Of a stretch of DNA of 64,000 nt, positions 12,901 through 27,900 are shown in pieces. The notes beneath the pieces are model-generated. The model was not told the origin of the DNA. It did not search any database and was given only the letters and a program-made list of their open reading frames with translations. This stretch comes from Botryllus schlosseri (taxonomy: Eukaryota): NCBI GenBank assembly GCA_051294905.1, contig CM119371.1:31312001-31376000 (forward strand), given 5' to 3'. A program made the position numbers and the translations under genes. Numbering within the stretch: the stretch's first letter is position 1; every line of letters starts with the position of its first letter.

Positions 12901-15900
12901 ACACTTGACTCTATACAGTCTGGCTGTAATTGATTTAGAAACCAAAGATTGTAGACTGGTAATTATTCCCACACGCCGAGCTAATTTTGATATTGTGCAT
13001 TCAATATGCTGCTTCCAAGACATTTTGGCATCAATGGTGACGCCGAGATATTTTGCCGAATCACATATGCAGATTTGTTTATGATTGATGTTAACAGTGA
13101 AATTATGAGAATTGGCAATATTAAAAATGAGCATCTCTGTCTTATCCGCATTCAAACTTAGTTTGTTTGCTTGCAGCCATCTCGACACTTTTGGGAGTTC
13201 CCAATCTACAGATGCATTCAAATCGTCGACTATGCTGGAGGTTTTAATGAGGTGAGTATCATCAGCAAATAGGGTTGCGTGGAATAAAGATGAATTAACA
13301 ATGTCGTTCATGTAAATGAGGAAAAAAGTCGGTCCAAGGACTGAGCCTTGTGGCACTCCACAAGTTATGTCTCTAGTAGTCGTTCTTAATGCTCCCAGTT
13401 TAACAAATTGTTTACGGTTTGCCAGGTAGCTTTCAAGTAGAGTTGCTGCAACACCCCTGATTCCATAATGTTCTAGCTTGTATGTTAAGATTCTGTGGTT
13501 ACCTGCGTCGAAAGCTTTACGGAGGTCGCTAAAAATGCTTCAGCCACTTTTTAATTGCTTGATGGTTTGTAATAGTCCGTTACAATTGATAGTATTGCAT
13601 GATTGGTGTTGTGGTTTGATCTGAATCCATGCTGAGTCGAAGAGAGTACTGCATTCAACTCAAAAAAATTTTTTAGTTGGCAGTCAATCAGTTACTCGAA
13701 AACCGTGGCAAGATTTGGCAAAACAGATTTTGGTCGGTAGTTCAAAATTAGTTTTTTACAGCCTTTCTTAATCACCGGCATTACTCTGGCCGTTTTCAGT
13801 GCATCTGGAAAAATGCCTAGACGTATCGACTCATTAAAGAATATGCATATAACATCACAAATAATATTAAAGACTAGCTTCAGAAAGTGAATTGGAATGA
13901 GATGGGGTCCTACTGCTTTGTTACTTTTCATTTCAGATAATACGATCGCAACTTCTCCTTTACTTGTCGGCTCAAGAAAAATGGATTTCTGAGGGTCAGG
14001 ACTCAAGTATGAAAGAAAGTCACCAGAGGAGTTTGGTATTGAAGCTGCACGATCCGGATCAATGTTGCAATATCATTGATTGAACTTTTCTCCTACTGCA
14101 AGCTTGTCCTCGATCATTTTGCCATACTCGAGTAGCTCGATGTCATCAGCACTATTGGGAGCATTACCTTTAGTTAGATTGATAATTTCTGCAATGGTTT
14201 TCCATGTGTTCTTGGGATCTTTGGAGCACTTTTCGAATCTTTTTTTGGAAGTATTCTTTTTTGGCATTTTCTTTCATACGTGTCACTTGGTCAGCATATT
14301 TTTGTACACTTTTTTGCCTTCCTCTGTGCCTTGCAGATACTATTGCTTATGCATCTAGTCCCTTGTTTTGATCGCTACTAATATGTCATGACTAGAGCGG
14401 TTTTTTTGACCTGTAAAAAAGAAAATTTTGACCTAAAAAATCAAAATTTTGACTTTTTTTGATCAAAAAAAACTTGAATTTTGACAAAATTTTGACCTAA
14501 CGTATGCAAATTAGATGTTTTCCCAAATAATGTCAAAATTGTTCCAGTTACCTACATTTCCGGTTGTAACTGGCTGTCCCAACAAAGTAGTTTGCCCTGA
14601 AAAAACGTTTTTGGCCTAGAAACAGGCAACTTTGTACATATAAAAAACATTATTTTAACAAAATCTGATCCTATGAAGAATTCCAGTGGTTGCAATACGT
14701 ATTATGGTGAAAATAATATTTAAAAAATTGTAGTACAACGAGAGATACTTTCCTATATTATTGGGTAAAAAGTGCATGTCCTTACTTGCCAAGGACGTTC
14801 AACAGCAGCAGTTGTTGGTTGACAACACTCAAGTTGTGCATACACTACTGGTGACACACCATGTTGCTTCATTCTGACAATGTTGTCTATTACAATTTTT
14901 CATCATGCGCTTCTCAATATAAGAATGATGCCCCAGTTAGGATATTGCGGTACGTTGACCATAATACCATGTCCACTAGGGTTATGACTAAAAAAAAAAA
15001 ATTGCCTGTAGCAGGAATTGATGAACATTTTGGTATAAATTAATAAAATTATAATCATTTTGTTCAAATCGAAAAAATGTCCCGCACAAACTAACATCAA
15101 TTTTCGACACTGGTCCAAATATGGAAAAAATTTAAAATTCAAAGATATTCTTTGCTACAAATTTGATCTTCAAATATATGTCCTTTTACACTTATTGTAA
15201 AGTTCATTCATCAATTTGACTTCCCTTTCTGTTATTATGTTAAAGCCAGGGACATCTACGACGGACATATCCGACTTCCAATGGGGTTTTGGGGCACTTT
15301 ATCGCTGCAGGACATTCGACCGCAAAGATAGCAGCAAATAATCTTTGATATATTCTAGAGCCCGACCGATATTGGATGTTTGGGTCGATACCGATAAAAC
15401 CAATATCTCACACCTTAGCCGATAACCCCAATACATTCAGCCGATATTCAAAAGAAGTTGGATGTATAGCCTACATAAGCAAATCTTCAGAGGGCATTTA
15501 TTTGAATTGAACATCTTTACAGCTATTGTTACACTTGAACATGAAATGCACTAGAAAAGCTGCATCTGGACACCTGTAAAGTGTAAGCTATATGAAATAT
15601 ATCAATATTCTCAGTCTAGCGATCAAAGATTATAGTTTTCAAGCTTCCTTCCCCCATGTTGTGACGTCACACGCAAATTGCCGTTAATTTTTCAACTCCA
15701 ATGGCCGATACCGATAATTCTTTCAAAGTGTGATATCGTCTCGATATTATCGACGAACCGATAATCGGTCGGGCTCTAGTATATTCCATCTTTAGACATC
15801 TGGTTGGAATACCAGTCTTCCTGACACGCATTCGCGATAAATAAGCATCTCCAGAGTTATTCTCTATCTGGGGAAGTGGAAGTACGCAACGCAACCCTTG

Positions 15901-18900
15901 AGCACCCTCTCGCATTGCGTAGAGATGGAAGTTTATGCCATTTGATCAGTGGTAATCTATACTATTTTATTTGAAAGAACGGCATGTTCTGCACATGCCA
16001 TAGATAAACTTAAAATCATCTATACATCCTCGGTTTTCTAATATTTTCATCTGAAATTCGTGCTTGGTGGATTGCACCTAGTTTTCGTAGTGTTTTACCA
16101 CATCATCTCCAAATTTGTAGCTGAGAGTTGGATTTCTTCAAGACGTTGGATCGAAGAACTCTAATATATGCTTTAAGAATCGATAATATGATGTTGGCAA
16201 GGCATATGAAAACCCATGCTCATCATTGCATTTCGCAGTTTCGAAACAACGCCATTCTGCCGTCCAGTATCAACAGATGCTACGGTGTCACATATGATAT
16301 ATGAGTTTTTCAAATTTTCCTGTACATCATATTCTTCTAAGCGGTTTTCTAGACCGCTGAAAATACCTAGAGTTGTTCTACTTTCGCCTTTTCGAACACC
16401 CAGTTTGATTTTTGCCAGACAAATTGAAATTATACGATATATACAGTCTACATCTAAAATCGGAATTAATAATTATTTATTAATTATTTAATATTGACTG
16501 TAAACAAGAACACGATAGGAATAATTCAATCTGGGCGTTCAAAATGTACCAAAATACTATTTTAAATCTTCGCAATTGGAATTGGGTCACTTAAATTCAA
16601 ATCAGTAGATAAATAAATTATATAGTCTGTATCTACAAAAGAAAGCCTATCCTCCATACAGTGAAAACTGGAAATTTTTTGTGCGGGAGGTTTTTGTTCA
16701 AACAGTCTTAACTTTTGTGAGTTTTGAAATCAGGACACAAAAGCTCATCATTTGTGACTACAGGCCACACAAAATTTTGAAATTTTTTTTCTAGTCGTAA
16801 CCCTAATGTCCACCTATTTGTTTTATTTGACCGTTGATGATTCAGTATGAGCAGACAATTAGCCGTTTACAACAGTAGGCCTTTAAAGTAGGCAACAAGC
16901 TGTAAAATATCAAATGATACGTTCACCGACAGTGCAAAATCTACGATACAAACAAAATAAAGACGTCAAAAAAATTTTGACTTTATGAACAATTTTGACA
17001 AATTTTGACCTAACGCTACAATTTTGACAAATTGACATGTCAAAAAAAAAACGCCCTAGTCATGACCAATCCAAGGTTTCGATTTCAAGCGTCTTGCATT
17101 GCGGTTGACTTTCCTAATTGGGAAAGATTTGTCGAGGGATGTCCGCAGTTCCACAATAAATTTTTCAAAGTGGCCATTGTAGTTGTCAATTGTGAGTGAA
17201 GGAATTTTGTATTTGTTGAAGGTATTACTGACAGTTTCAATATACACTTCAACGCCACGTGGATTTAAGGGTGTTCGTGATTCAATTTTTTAGCGCAATG
17301 TAGCAGGGCCAATTTCATGTGGCAGATGATGGGATAATGATCAGTCATATTGTGTTGGAGCACAACAGGGGACAGGTGATATTGGACAGTGTTGCAGTAG
17401 AAGTGATCTAGTAGAGTTTTGGAATGGTCAGTTATTATTGTGGGTTCAGTAATTATCTGAGCTATTGCATAGGAATCAAGCATTTCACGGTACCTTGTGC
17501 TGAAGTGGGTGGTCTTCAGCAAATCAATATTTATATCTCCCATGATAAATATTTGTTCGTTAGCTGCCGTTAGAGTTTCCAATATATTCGGGAATTCGTC
17601 AAGAAAAGTCTCTTGGTTTGTTCCTGGGTGTTGTAGATGACTGCCACTGTGAGAGCTTTCTGTACATGTACTCTGAGAAACATATATTCTACGCTTTTGG
17701 TTTCAAATTTTATGTCGGACATTATTTCATATCTCAGACTTTAGTTGATGTATAGTCCAACACTGCCAGAATTCTTTATATATGGCGAGTGTAAAAAGTC
17801 GAAACCTGTTAAGTTAACATTATCTATTGGGTGTTCGTTCAACTTGGTTTCAGAGGTTCCGATGATGGTTGGTGAGCAATTGTACATTTCAAAGGGAGGA
17901 ATTTCATCTAAATTTACGTGTGCAAGTAAAAGTTCTTGAGTTGACGGGATATCACTCCTATATTCGTGGAATTGATAGATCTGAAGTTGCTCATGTATAA
18001 AAAGTTTTGAGCCATTTTTGGGGAGTGTGTTGTGTTGGCAGTGAGAGAGCAGTATCGCAGCTTATTCTATTCGAGTTTATCGAGGTCAGCCTTCGATTGA
18101 ATGTGGATTCTCGGTGCGCCATCATTCTTTATCGTGTAGTATTCCCATTTGCAGTCCAGAGGTATTTGAGTTTTTTTTTCCCTTTTTCACAGTCGGCGCT
18201 TCAAAGAAAACGTCTATTCTGTAATTTGTTCAATTTTCGTTTAGGAAGAGCTGTTTCATTCCATCTTCACCAAAGTCCTTGATATCCCTTTTGGTATTTT
18301 TCACTTGGTGGAATTCTTTTTTTTTGTTTGTCTGAAAAGAATCTAGCTATAATGGGTCCTGTTTTGTCCTTATTTTTGAAGCGTACTCTATAACACTGCA
18401 CAATCTGTGGCGCAGTTATGTTATCTTTCAAGGCGTTAGCTATATTCATGATAGTTTTAGGCAGATTTTCGTTTTCGGAGTGGGGAACACCATGAATTCA
18501 AGGTTGTTGTTTCGAGATTGCTGCTCCAAGTTGTCGTTGGTGCGTTCTAGGTCAGATAGTTTTTTTTGTTTAGGATACTCATAGTTGACTCAATTTTTTC
18601 GTGTTACTTGTGAGGCGAGATTTGGATTTTTTTGTTGTCCGCAAATTCTGCATTCATGAATTCAATACCAGTCTTGCAAGATTATATCTCATTCCGGAGT
18701 TCTTCTACAGCAGTATTAGATTTTTTGATGTCTTCAGCTGTCTGAAATTCTGAGACGATGTCTCGCAGTTCCTTGTTCTCTTCCTTTAATCTCTCAACCT
18801 CTTGGTTGGTCATATCAAGATCAGATTTCAAAATATCATATTGCTTTTGCAATGTCATATTCAGCTGTGTCAAACTTTTAATTTCAGTGAGCGTGTCTTC

Positions 18901-21900
18901 CAGTTTACTGTCCATCTTTTTCAGTCCCTGCAAATGACATCTTCTTTTGTTCCAGGCTTTGTCATATTGTTTCTTGGATGGGTCTTTAGCCTAGAATTCA
19001 GTGGTTCTCAACCGCCGGTCCGCGAAGTGCATTACAATTTAATACCCTAATTTCAAGATGCAATATGTTGAAGGCTTGTCCATGGATAAAATAAATGAAA
19101 CATCAAATTGTACACAGATTCAGAACTTCATGAGGTAACATTAGGGTTGGAAACTCTAATCTCTAAACTCTAATCTTAGTTGAACTCTCACAATCACAGA
19201 ATGTGGCTTCAATGTCACCAACTAGTTCCTAATGACGCTCCATGAACATTCGCTGTCTTAAGGGATTACTCACGTGCAATTATTTGGTAAAAATCTCGAA
19301 TTTTGTTTAAAATCTCCTTGACAATACAACAATTTTTTCATTCACTCAGAATTGCTTCGCGGGCCGGATGAAATCACCAGGTGGGCCGGGTGCGGTCCGC
19401 GGACCGTATGTGTGACACCCCTGGTTTACAGGTTCACACCGACGCCCACGAGGTTTTATTGCGCTGTTGTTTTTGTCTCAACCTCACTTTGATATATACT
19501 TTAACAGTTGTCTCTGTCAGAAAAAAGCTATTTCATAATTGTGCAGTCGTATTCAACTTGCCAATGCTTTATCGACTTGAAGAAATTTCAGACGACTTAT
19601 TGTAAGTTCCTTCAAAAAGTATATTCGGTCGAGGCGTCGTGTACATTTAACAAATATCCGATGGCGGCTGGACTATCGCAACTACAGTATGCATCTGTTC
19701 GACCAATGCAAAATGAAAAACGCCACTTATAGACCCATGCGAACTTTTCGAAAATGTATTTGCTTACCGTGATACAGCGGCTATTACACTCCTTTCGTTA
19801 TGGCAATTTCCCTCACATACGTGATGCAAACAAATATATGAGTTACTGTCCACCTTACGAAACCCATAGTGGGGGGGGGGAGTATTTAGTTCTGCTTCAA
19901 AAGCGGTGTCATACATATAGCCGAAAATCATAACTTTTGGGTAAGTATAAAGTGCAATTGTAGGCGAAACCTACTCCCGTTTATCCACAATGTTGAAGGA
20001 CATCGTTGTTGTGTATTATATGCACTGATTTGAAAATCAGAAATAATCAGAAGTATGCAACACAGGCGTTTACCTCTGCACCGTAATATTTCGGCAGCTT
20101 CAGTGGTAACCATGCATATATTTTTTATATCTCCGTAATATCCTCCTCTTCCAGAACAGGCAGTCAAATTGTTACTACGAGCTATCGAGTGGTTGTAATA
20201 TAGCTCGTCCGATCCATCGCTAAACACATATCAATATGACTGTTACGGAATCACAGGTGGTCAAAGTAGTCACCGTCGCTACTCAAGTAGAAATAGAAGT
20301 AACGCCGAAATTTCTACTCGAGTAGAAGTAGGAGTAGTGTTTCACAAGTAAGTAAGTAAGTAGGTATTACACGCCTATTTTTGCGTTCAAAAATGAAAAC
20401 TGTCAAGTAGAAGTAGGAGTAGTCTAAAATCATAACTACTTAAACGTATAGTTGGAGTAGGAAAAATCTACTTCAATAACTTCTGAAAATAGAAGTACTT
20501 CGTTACTGACCACCTCTGTACGGAATCTATAATTATTGTGTATTTACTACACCAGTGGTTTTCAACATTTTTGTTCTCGTGGCACCTTCGGAAATCGCAA
20601 AATAGTTCGCGGCACCCCAGCAATTCTAATTCCCTGATTTGCGGTAGTATTGGCTAAAAAAGGTCATCAACAGGCTTATGCACAAACAAGAGCGTTGCCT
20701 AAAGAAGAAAATGCGGGTCAAAAAATTTGATGAGGCTTTGTTTTATGGAAAAATATCGAAATTAAAAGATGGTCATGGAACCTTATTGGATGATTAACAC
20801 AACTCATAGGATCATTGTGCATATGTGTAGAGATAATTCACTACACCAACTCCACTGCTATTGACAATGGACATATAGCGAGTAATTAACAGGCAGTTGG
20901 ATACAGAAGGGCGGTGATAGGACGAAGTCACTACCTTCTATTCATCGTAGACCTGTCTTCGAGCCAAGTCATTTCAATATTTTCAAGTCACGCAAATATT
21001 TAATGTGACCCGTGTCACGTTGTCTAAAATTTTTGATATCGAGTCAATTTCAAGTCATCAAATATCTCCAGTGTGCATCGCATGGTTTTAATGCGCATGC
21101 ATATCTGATAGACGTCGCCAAATTAGTCAAACTAACAATAATATATTATCTGTCAACGCGGTTGATTTTGTAAATTGAGCAATGAGCATGCTGCTCACAC
21201 GGTATACTCCATTCTATTTAATATGGAAGGCTGAAGGATATTTATTTACTGAAACGATGCATCAAGGCTATAGTATAAAGGCTCTATAGACGGTGTGGAC
21301 GTCATATTTGTGTAGGGAAAAAGCTCTTGTGCAATTGTGAAAAAATGATTACCAAATTTCGACGAAATTGCCAAGGAAGGTCGAGATTTAGTTGTTATAT
21401 ATCTGACTCATTATCAGGATTTCCCAAATATCATTGAATACCAAATGATACTGCTCGATTGTCCAGCAATCCACACATATCATATTATTATTGCTTCGTT
21501 AGTCGTAGTTGCTTAAGGCATATGGTAGTCATGAAATACCGAAAGGGCATACCATTTTGCATTGTGCAGAAGACAGCCACAGGCTTTGTTTTGATTTCGT
21601 GAAATCTACATTAGCGCGACAAAAGACACTTTCATATACTGATCATCCCTTGGGAAACATATTTTCCAATATATTACCTGCTTGTCGGGTTCAGTTCCTC
21701 TCTTCCTCGTTACCTATTTCAGTGTGGACAGCATTTTATTTGCATATTTTATCACATTCGTTTTAAAGGGACTGTGATGATCCGTAATTAGGCTATAATT
21801 GCTTTCCTCGATTGCTTCTGTTACACGTTACATTCTCACTATTTCCCTGTAGTTCTCTTCTTTTCTGTTCTGCTGTGTGTTGTGTTTTGATGTATGTTCC

Positions 21901-24900
21901 CAGGTAGCACGCCTACTTGGGTACCACAAGGTATCAAGGTGAGATGAATTGTGGTAACCAGCTGGGGAAACCAAGCGGGAACCGTACATTTTTGGCCCCA
22001 AATTACAGAGGTATTTTCTGGGGGACCATGTGGGTAACCCACTTAGCTGGCAGCGAAGACAATATTACGAGCCCGGTCCTTGTAGCAGTGGCAGTAGCAG
22101 TGTAAGTGTGCCGAGAAGTCGACGTAGAGATGTGCTAGGCGATGTTAGGTAAACCCTACACGATAGTTAACTTAACATTGTATACTGTACAGTACATACC
22201 TGGAACCTGCTACCACCAATCACGCAAACCAATATATATGGTAATCTGAGTATATAATAACCTTTACGGTGGTTGAGTGAGGCCGTCATCACTGTTTAAG
22301 TGTAATCGTTGAGTTATATTTTCAACTGAACAAGACACACACAATGTACAATACGATAAGATAGAAAGCGATGTAATGAACAGATAGGAGGATGCCGACC
22401 GACGCGCAGTTGCCGTATTTTAGATTGACATCTACCTCGGCTTAGAGTGCCCGCCGTCACAGTTACTCTCGATGTTGATCATTTTCGAGGCCAGGGCCCT
22501 TGCTAGCGATTTCCATAACTTGTGTGTGAGTGCATTCTTTCGTCGAGTCATTCTCGGGTCTCATGTCGCAAGAAGAGGAGCCCGGACAAACCTCCGACGG
22601 GAGTCGAACCGAGGCCGCCCGATTCTTAGGCGCTTATCGTCACCACTACCCGAATTCAATTCATGTGGAGGTGGAATTCAATTTGGAAATGTCCCAGCGA
22701 CCAGCATCGCAAATGAATAAATCGGAAACCGATTATAATATGACTTTACTATATAGATGAACAAACCTTGCTGTAGGAAAATATGAAAGAAGCATCTATT
22801 TCGGAAAACTACTCGGTCACATGAGGGAGCCGTATGAAAAGTCGACCATTCTTCATTGACGAAAATAACAAGTTCCAATTATTTGATCACAGAAATTTTA
22901 CGAGTAAAATTAATCCTGAGTTAAAAATAATAGATACAGATAAGGGATAAAGGTAATGGGATCTACGCAAGAAAATTATAACGCACGCTGTGAGGAATTG
23001 AGTACTCTAGCAACGGAAATTTAAGTTCACTTCAGTGTGACAAACGGTCAATTTTAAATAGTTCACATTGACGAGGTAAAGCATGGTAGGGGTTTTAATG
23101 TTCGAGGTTCGAGCAACCAACAGGGATAGCATAATAGCTAGAAAACATTACTACATACGGAACCACCTTTATTATTCGATGAAATAAACCAAATAACATT
23201 GATGGAAAATAAGGTTGGTTCCTGTGTGGGTGATATATGGGAAATCTGAGCTCCTCTATAAGTGGGTTTCTCATGTTTCAAGATGATTTGATATCAAAAA
23301 CTCAACAAGTAAACCTTCCCCGAGTTCAAATTGATAGGTACAATTAGAAGAGACTTATTGCAATCTACCTGGGATTGGTATGGTATAACCACGCATCTTT
23401 ATGGATGGAAATCCCGCTTGGTTTCGATGTGGGTTACATGTTACTAACCCATTCCGATCATCCATCCCACCTAACCACTTAAATTCCACCTGGATACCAA
23501 GTGGGCGTGCTAGCTGGGTTGCTTAAAGCCACCTTGGTCACATTAACTTCAATGAAGCTTTCGTTAGCTATGTCGACGCGATAGTCGGTTTACGACAATT
23601 TCGGCAACATACAACAATGGCTGAAAGAATTCTAAAACCAGACAAGCTCGATATTAGTCCTGAATGCTCATCCGCTGAAAAACCGTATAAGCATTGGGAG
23701 AAGACATTCGATAATTGAGTGGGAATTCGCCGATGGACAAGTTAAAGATCTTACCAAATTTCGTGTCTTCGTCAGTCTATTCCTATTTTGAAGATATAGT
23801 TCGACTTACGATGCCGCAATAGAACATCTCGACAAAATCTACACCAAGCAAAAGGACGAAATCGCCACTTGCTAGTAACTCGCACTCAGAAGACCGAAGA
23901 GACGATTGAGGAATTTACCTGTGTCTTGGCAGATCTAGCGAAGGATTGCACATTCAAAGCTCTTTCAGCGGAAGATCACCGCAAGGAAACCATCCGCGAC
24001 GCCTTCGTTACTGGTCTTTGATCAAAAGCTATCCGGCAGAGAATATTAGAAAGTGACGGTGCTGTAACCCTCTAATCGGCAGTTTCAAGAGCCTGATCAT
24101 TAGAATTTGCGCGGAGATGCTCTGGTATCTACTGCAACACTCCATGTTCATCTGTCAGCGTCGAACCGCTAGAAAATTCACCGAAAGTCTAACAACCATC
24201 TGGAGAATCTCCTAGGCGACTCAACTCATTCAGCAAGACAACCAAACCTGATCGAAAGTGCTTCTTTGTGGTCAATCATTCCACCCACGATATAAATGTC
24301 CTGCGAAACGGGGCGAGTGTGGCTATTGGGGAGTCACTGGTCATTATGAAGTTGCTTGCATGAGAAAAGCCACTGACAACAAGAAGACAGTAACTGCAAT
24401 GATTTCGTACTTCAGCGCCATCGGAGTACTCTAATGTCTCATAAAAGCATGAATGGTAATCAAGATCTGATGCCACATAACCTTTGCGTTGAACGACTCC
24501 GCTTCAGCTAAAAGCTTCATACGCACTGCGTAGGCTACGCCAACGTAATTCACATACGATCTACTCCGTACTAGGGATGGTGTGAACGTGAGGTTCACGT
24601 TCGCGTTCTGTGTGTGAACCTCAGTCAATTCGAGGTTCACGCTCACAAACGAATCTTGGTAGATTCTGCACTCTGAACCTTTATCACATATTACAATTTT
24701 CACTTCATTCTAACATCTTTGGTTGAAATTTATTGAATTTCAACTGCGGGGCACTCTATGCGTGGCGCCGGCAGCATACAAAAATTCAACAGCAAACGAT
24801 CATACACCTTGAAAATCTCAAAAAACTACTTGCTTTGTTGCAAAAGTTTTCTCGAAATATCCAGCTTTCCGTTTGTGAATACTTAGTGAATTTCTGCTGT

Positions 24901-27900
24901 GAGCATGACCTGCAATCACACAACATCAAAAGCGAAATACATTACATGCAGTCAGCGAATGATGCTTATTCAACCAATCAATGAGATTGATATCTCTGTC
25001 TGATGTAAAAAGTCTGGCAGGCATACGGCGTCAATCTTGGCTTCATATGTTTACTGTATCATCAAAACCAAATCCGTGTGATTGGGGTGTTAGTAATATC
25101 GGTATCAAGTACAGAAACCCGCTCACTATCAACGTATAGCAATACTAAGACGTCGAATACATTGTTCGGTCTGGCCTAGACCGTTAAGGCGCAAGCTTAT
25201 ATTCTTGTGCAATTCATCATCGAAATTGTTGGCAAAGCTACGGAAGATATTGTTTTCATGGGATAATTTTATTATTTGATTGCACGAGTTGATATATTTG
25301 GTGACGTTTAAAACGTCAATATGTACTCCAGCATTGCCGCATTATTTGGCCAGATTCTTCGCTAGGTATCGTGTACAATGTAGATTAATATAGGTCATTA
25401 CGTCAATGAAATATAGTGTAGGAATTAGCTACATGACGTATCGTGACGTCATGAGATTCACGTTCGCATTCACACGAACCTGAACTTTTCAGAGGTTCAC
25501 ACCATCCCTACTCTGTACTCTACTACGGTTACATTTGCTTCTAAATCACATTTCTGCAAAATTGAAGAACTCTGCAGACCGGATATTCTAGTAAACACAA
25601 CGAAATACACCGAATTTCCACTTGAACGGATGGAAGATTTATGCGCTGTTGTGGTGCTTGGTCTCGATTTCACGAACTTGCATAAACGAGTCATTTTCCA
25701 TATGGGCGGAGATAAAATAACCTTGGAACTCCCTCGAGATCAGAAATACAGCGTATGCGGGATTGCTCAAGCATGTGTCGAAGCGCCGCAAATTTTCAAA
25801 TTCATGACACCGAATTGCAAACCGATCGCTACTATATCCAGAAGATACAGCGAAGCTGAAGTTTCAAAACTTGAGAAGGAAGGCATCATCGAGCTGTCCT
25901 CATCGCCTTGGTGAGCACAGGTTCTGGACGTCAATGACGGTCGACACAACAAGCGCATGGTCATAGACTTTTCTCAGACGGTCAACAAGTAGCTAGCGAT
26001 GGTGCTAACCGCTGAAAGGTTCAGGGTCGTGTGAACGCGAACTTTTTTGAAAGGTTCTGTGTGAACGCGAACGTTAACCTCATGGCGTCACGTGACGTCA
26101 TATTGCTCATTCCAACCCTATATTTCAGTGAAGTGATGGTGTTATGTTCGTGTATTTACGTTGGTATCGTTTCACTCTATTTTGTATAGGACTAGTAATT
26201 AGCGCCAATCATTATTTCCTCGTGTGCTTTGCGTTGTATTTATACCCTGTGTTCTGTCATTTACTGTCTTTCGTTCAACTGCACTCTGCCTGTATTAAAG
26301 TTATTCTGCTGATAATATACTGATTTCGTATTGCAACCTCGTCGTATTGAGGTATTGTTCAAACAAGATCAAGAACATAACAATTGGTGTCAGAAGTCGG
26401 ATTCATAGTTATTTCTGCGACGAACACATATCATGGAATCGGGTATTTTGAAGCTTCTGGAGAAGCAGCAGGAAATGATGGCGGAACAACGCGCACAGCG
26501 TAAAGAAGATATGGAGCAGCAAAACGCTCGTCACAGAGAAGATTTGGCGCAACAACGCGCACAGCATGACGAAGCAATGGCGAAAGTGATGGCTGGGTTG
26601 GAACACCAAAAAAACCAACACAAAGAAGAGATGGCACAGTTAACGCAGAGGATGAGTCCCGGTTCGTCAACATCTGAAGCTACCGCTCCCAAGTTTGATT
26701 CGTTCGTAAAGTCAAAAGAGAAATGGGACCACTATCTGCAACGATTCAACCATCACCTTGCAATTTACGGCATTTCCAACATGGAGAAGAAAAGAGCGTG
26801 TCTACTCTCATGGTTCGGACCTGAAACGTACTCGCTCCTACGTAATATGTTTGGTGCCGCTGATGTCAGTGCGCAATCCTTCGACGCGTTGACTGAGAAG
26901 TTGTCTACACACTTCAAAGACTTCATTCATGTGCAAGCAGCCAGGTACGAATTTTACAATTGCAAAATGCAGCCGGGACAATCGTACGCCGATTGGATCG
27001 CTGCTCTACGCGGAATCTCCAAAGATTGCAACTTCATATGCTCAAGAGATGGCTGTGATCAGAGCTACGTTGATGAGCTAATGCGCGATCTCATTAATAA
27101 AGTAACGCCGCACGCGGATGTGAGACGGCATTGTCTAACACAAACCAATCCATCTCTCGACGACGTTCTCAAAGTAGCCGCAACATACGCGAGAACGCTG
27201 GAAACTGATAGGGTTATCCAGGGCGAAAGTAGCGGTAAAGACACTTCCATCGTCAACAAAATGACGGGAAGTTATCAGAAGGGGAAAAAACCTTCCAAAT
27301 CCAACCAAGGCAACTTCCCAGAAAGACTGAAATCCTGCAGCCGCTGTTTCATCGATCACCAGAGAAGAGACTGTCAATATCGACATTCAGTATGTCAGAA
27401 ATGTGGTCGTAAAGGTCATATCAAGCCTGCGTGCATGTCTACCAAGCCTAGTATCACGCAACAGGTCACATCCGTAAATTTCTGCTCAGTGCCACTCCTC
27501 TCCTTCGACATCGATCAACTATATCGACGCGTAGGAAACCAGCTCTGGATCAACTCCAGCATCAACGGCATTCCGCTGCCGACACAGTGGACACTGGTGC
27601 ACCCTCCGCCATGGTGGGATTGACTGGGTACAAAACTTTGGGCTCTCCGAAACTCTCAGCATACCATTGCTCTTTCGTAGCGTATGGCGACAAGCCACTG
27701 AAAGTGAAAGGTATTTGCACTGTAACCGTGCAGGTGGCAGACATGGGGTAATCGCGATTAGTAATCGTAATCGATTACGACGATTACAGCATTTTGAAGT
27801 AATCGTAATCGCAATAGATTACATTCGAAAAAAATCCGAAGTAATCGTAATCGTAATCGACTACTTCCCATATCTAATCGATTTTTTTGTGAAAGAACGA

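Larger units (their letters stand above)
14393..17058 (-). mobile_element. hAT element inserted in LINE ORF2
   Basis: TIRs TAGAGCG/CGCCCTA, perfect TSD GTCATGAC. The LINE frame KPWIGHD|ILVAIKTRD is restored on removal. Confidence 0.9.
12910..18990 (-). mobile_element. Degenerate non-LTR retrotransposon (L2/CR1 group), 3' truncated and interrupted at 14393-17058
   Basis: ORF1 coiled coil (18682..18933) and RRM-like GPIIARF (18267..18449); AP endonuclease MGDINIDLL, LLDHF, TDHYPI; RT PQGSVLGP, LFADDT, KYLGV; many stops and frameshifts. Confidence 0.92.

Noticed and set aside
12598..12910. C-terminal extension of the LINE RT ORF
   Set aside because: Read-through past the truncation point into unrelated sequence and a GA microsatellite (LSLSLS)
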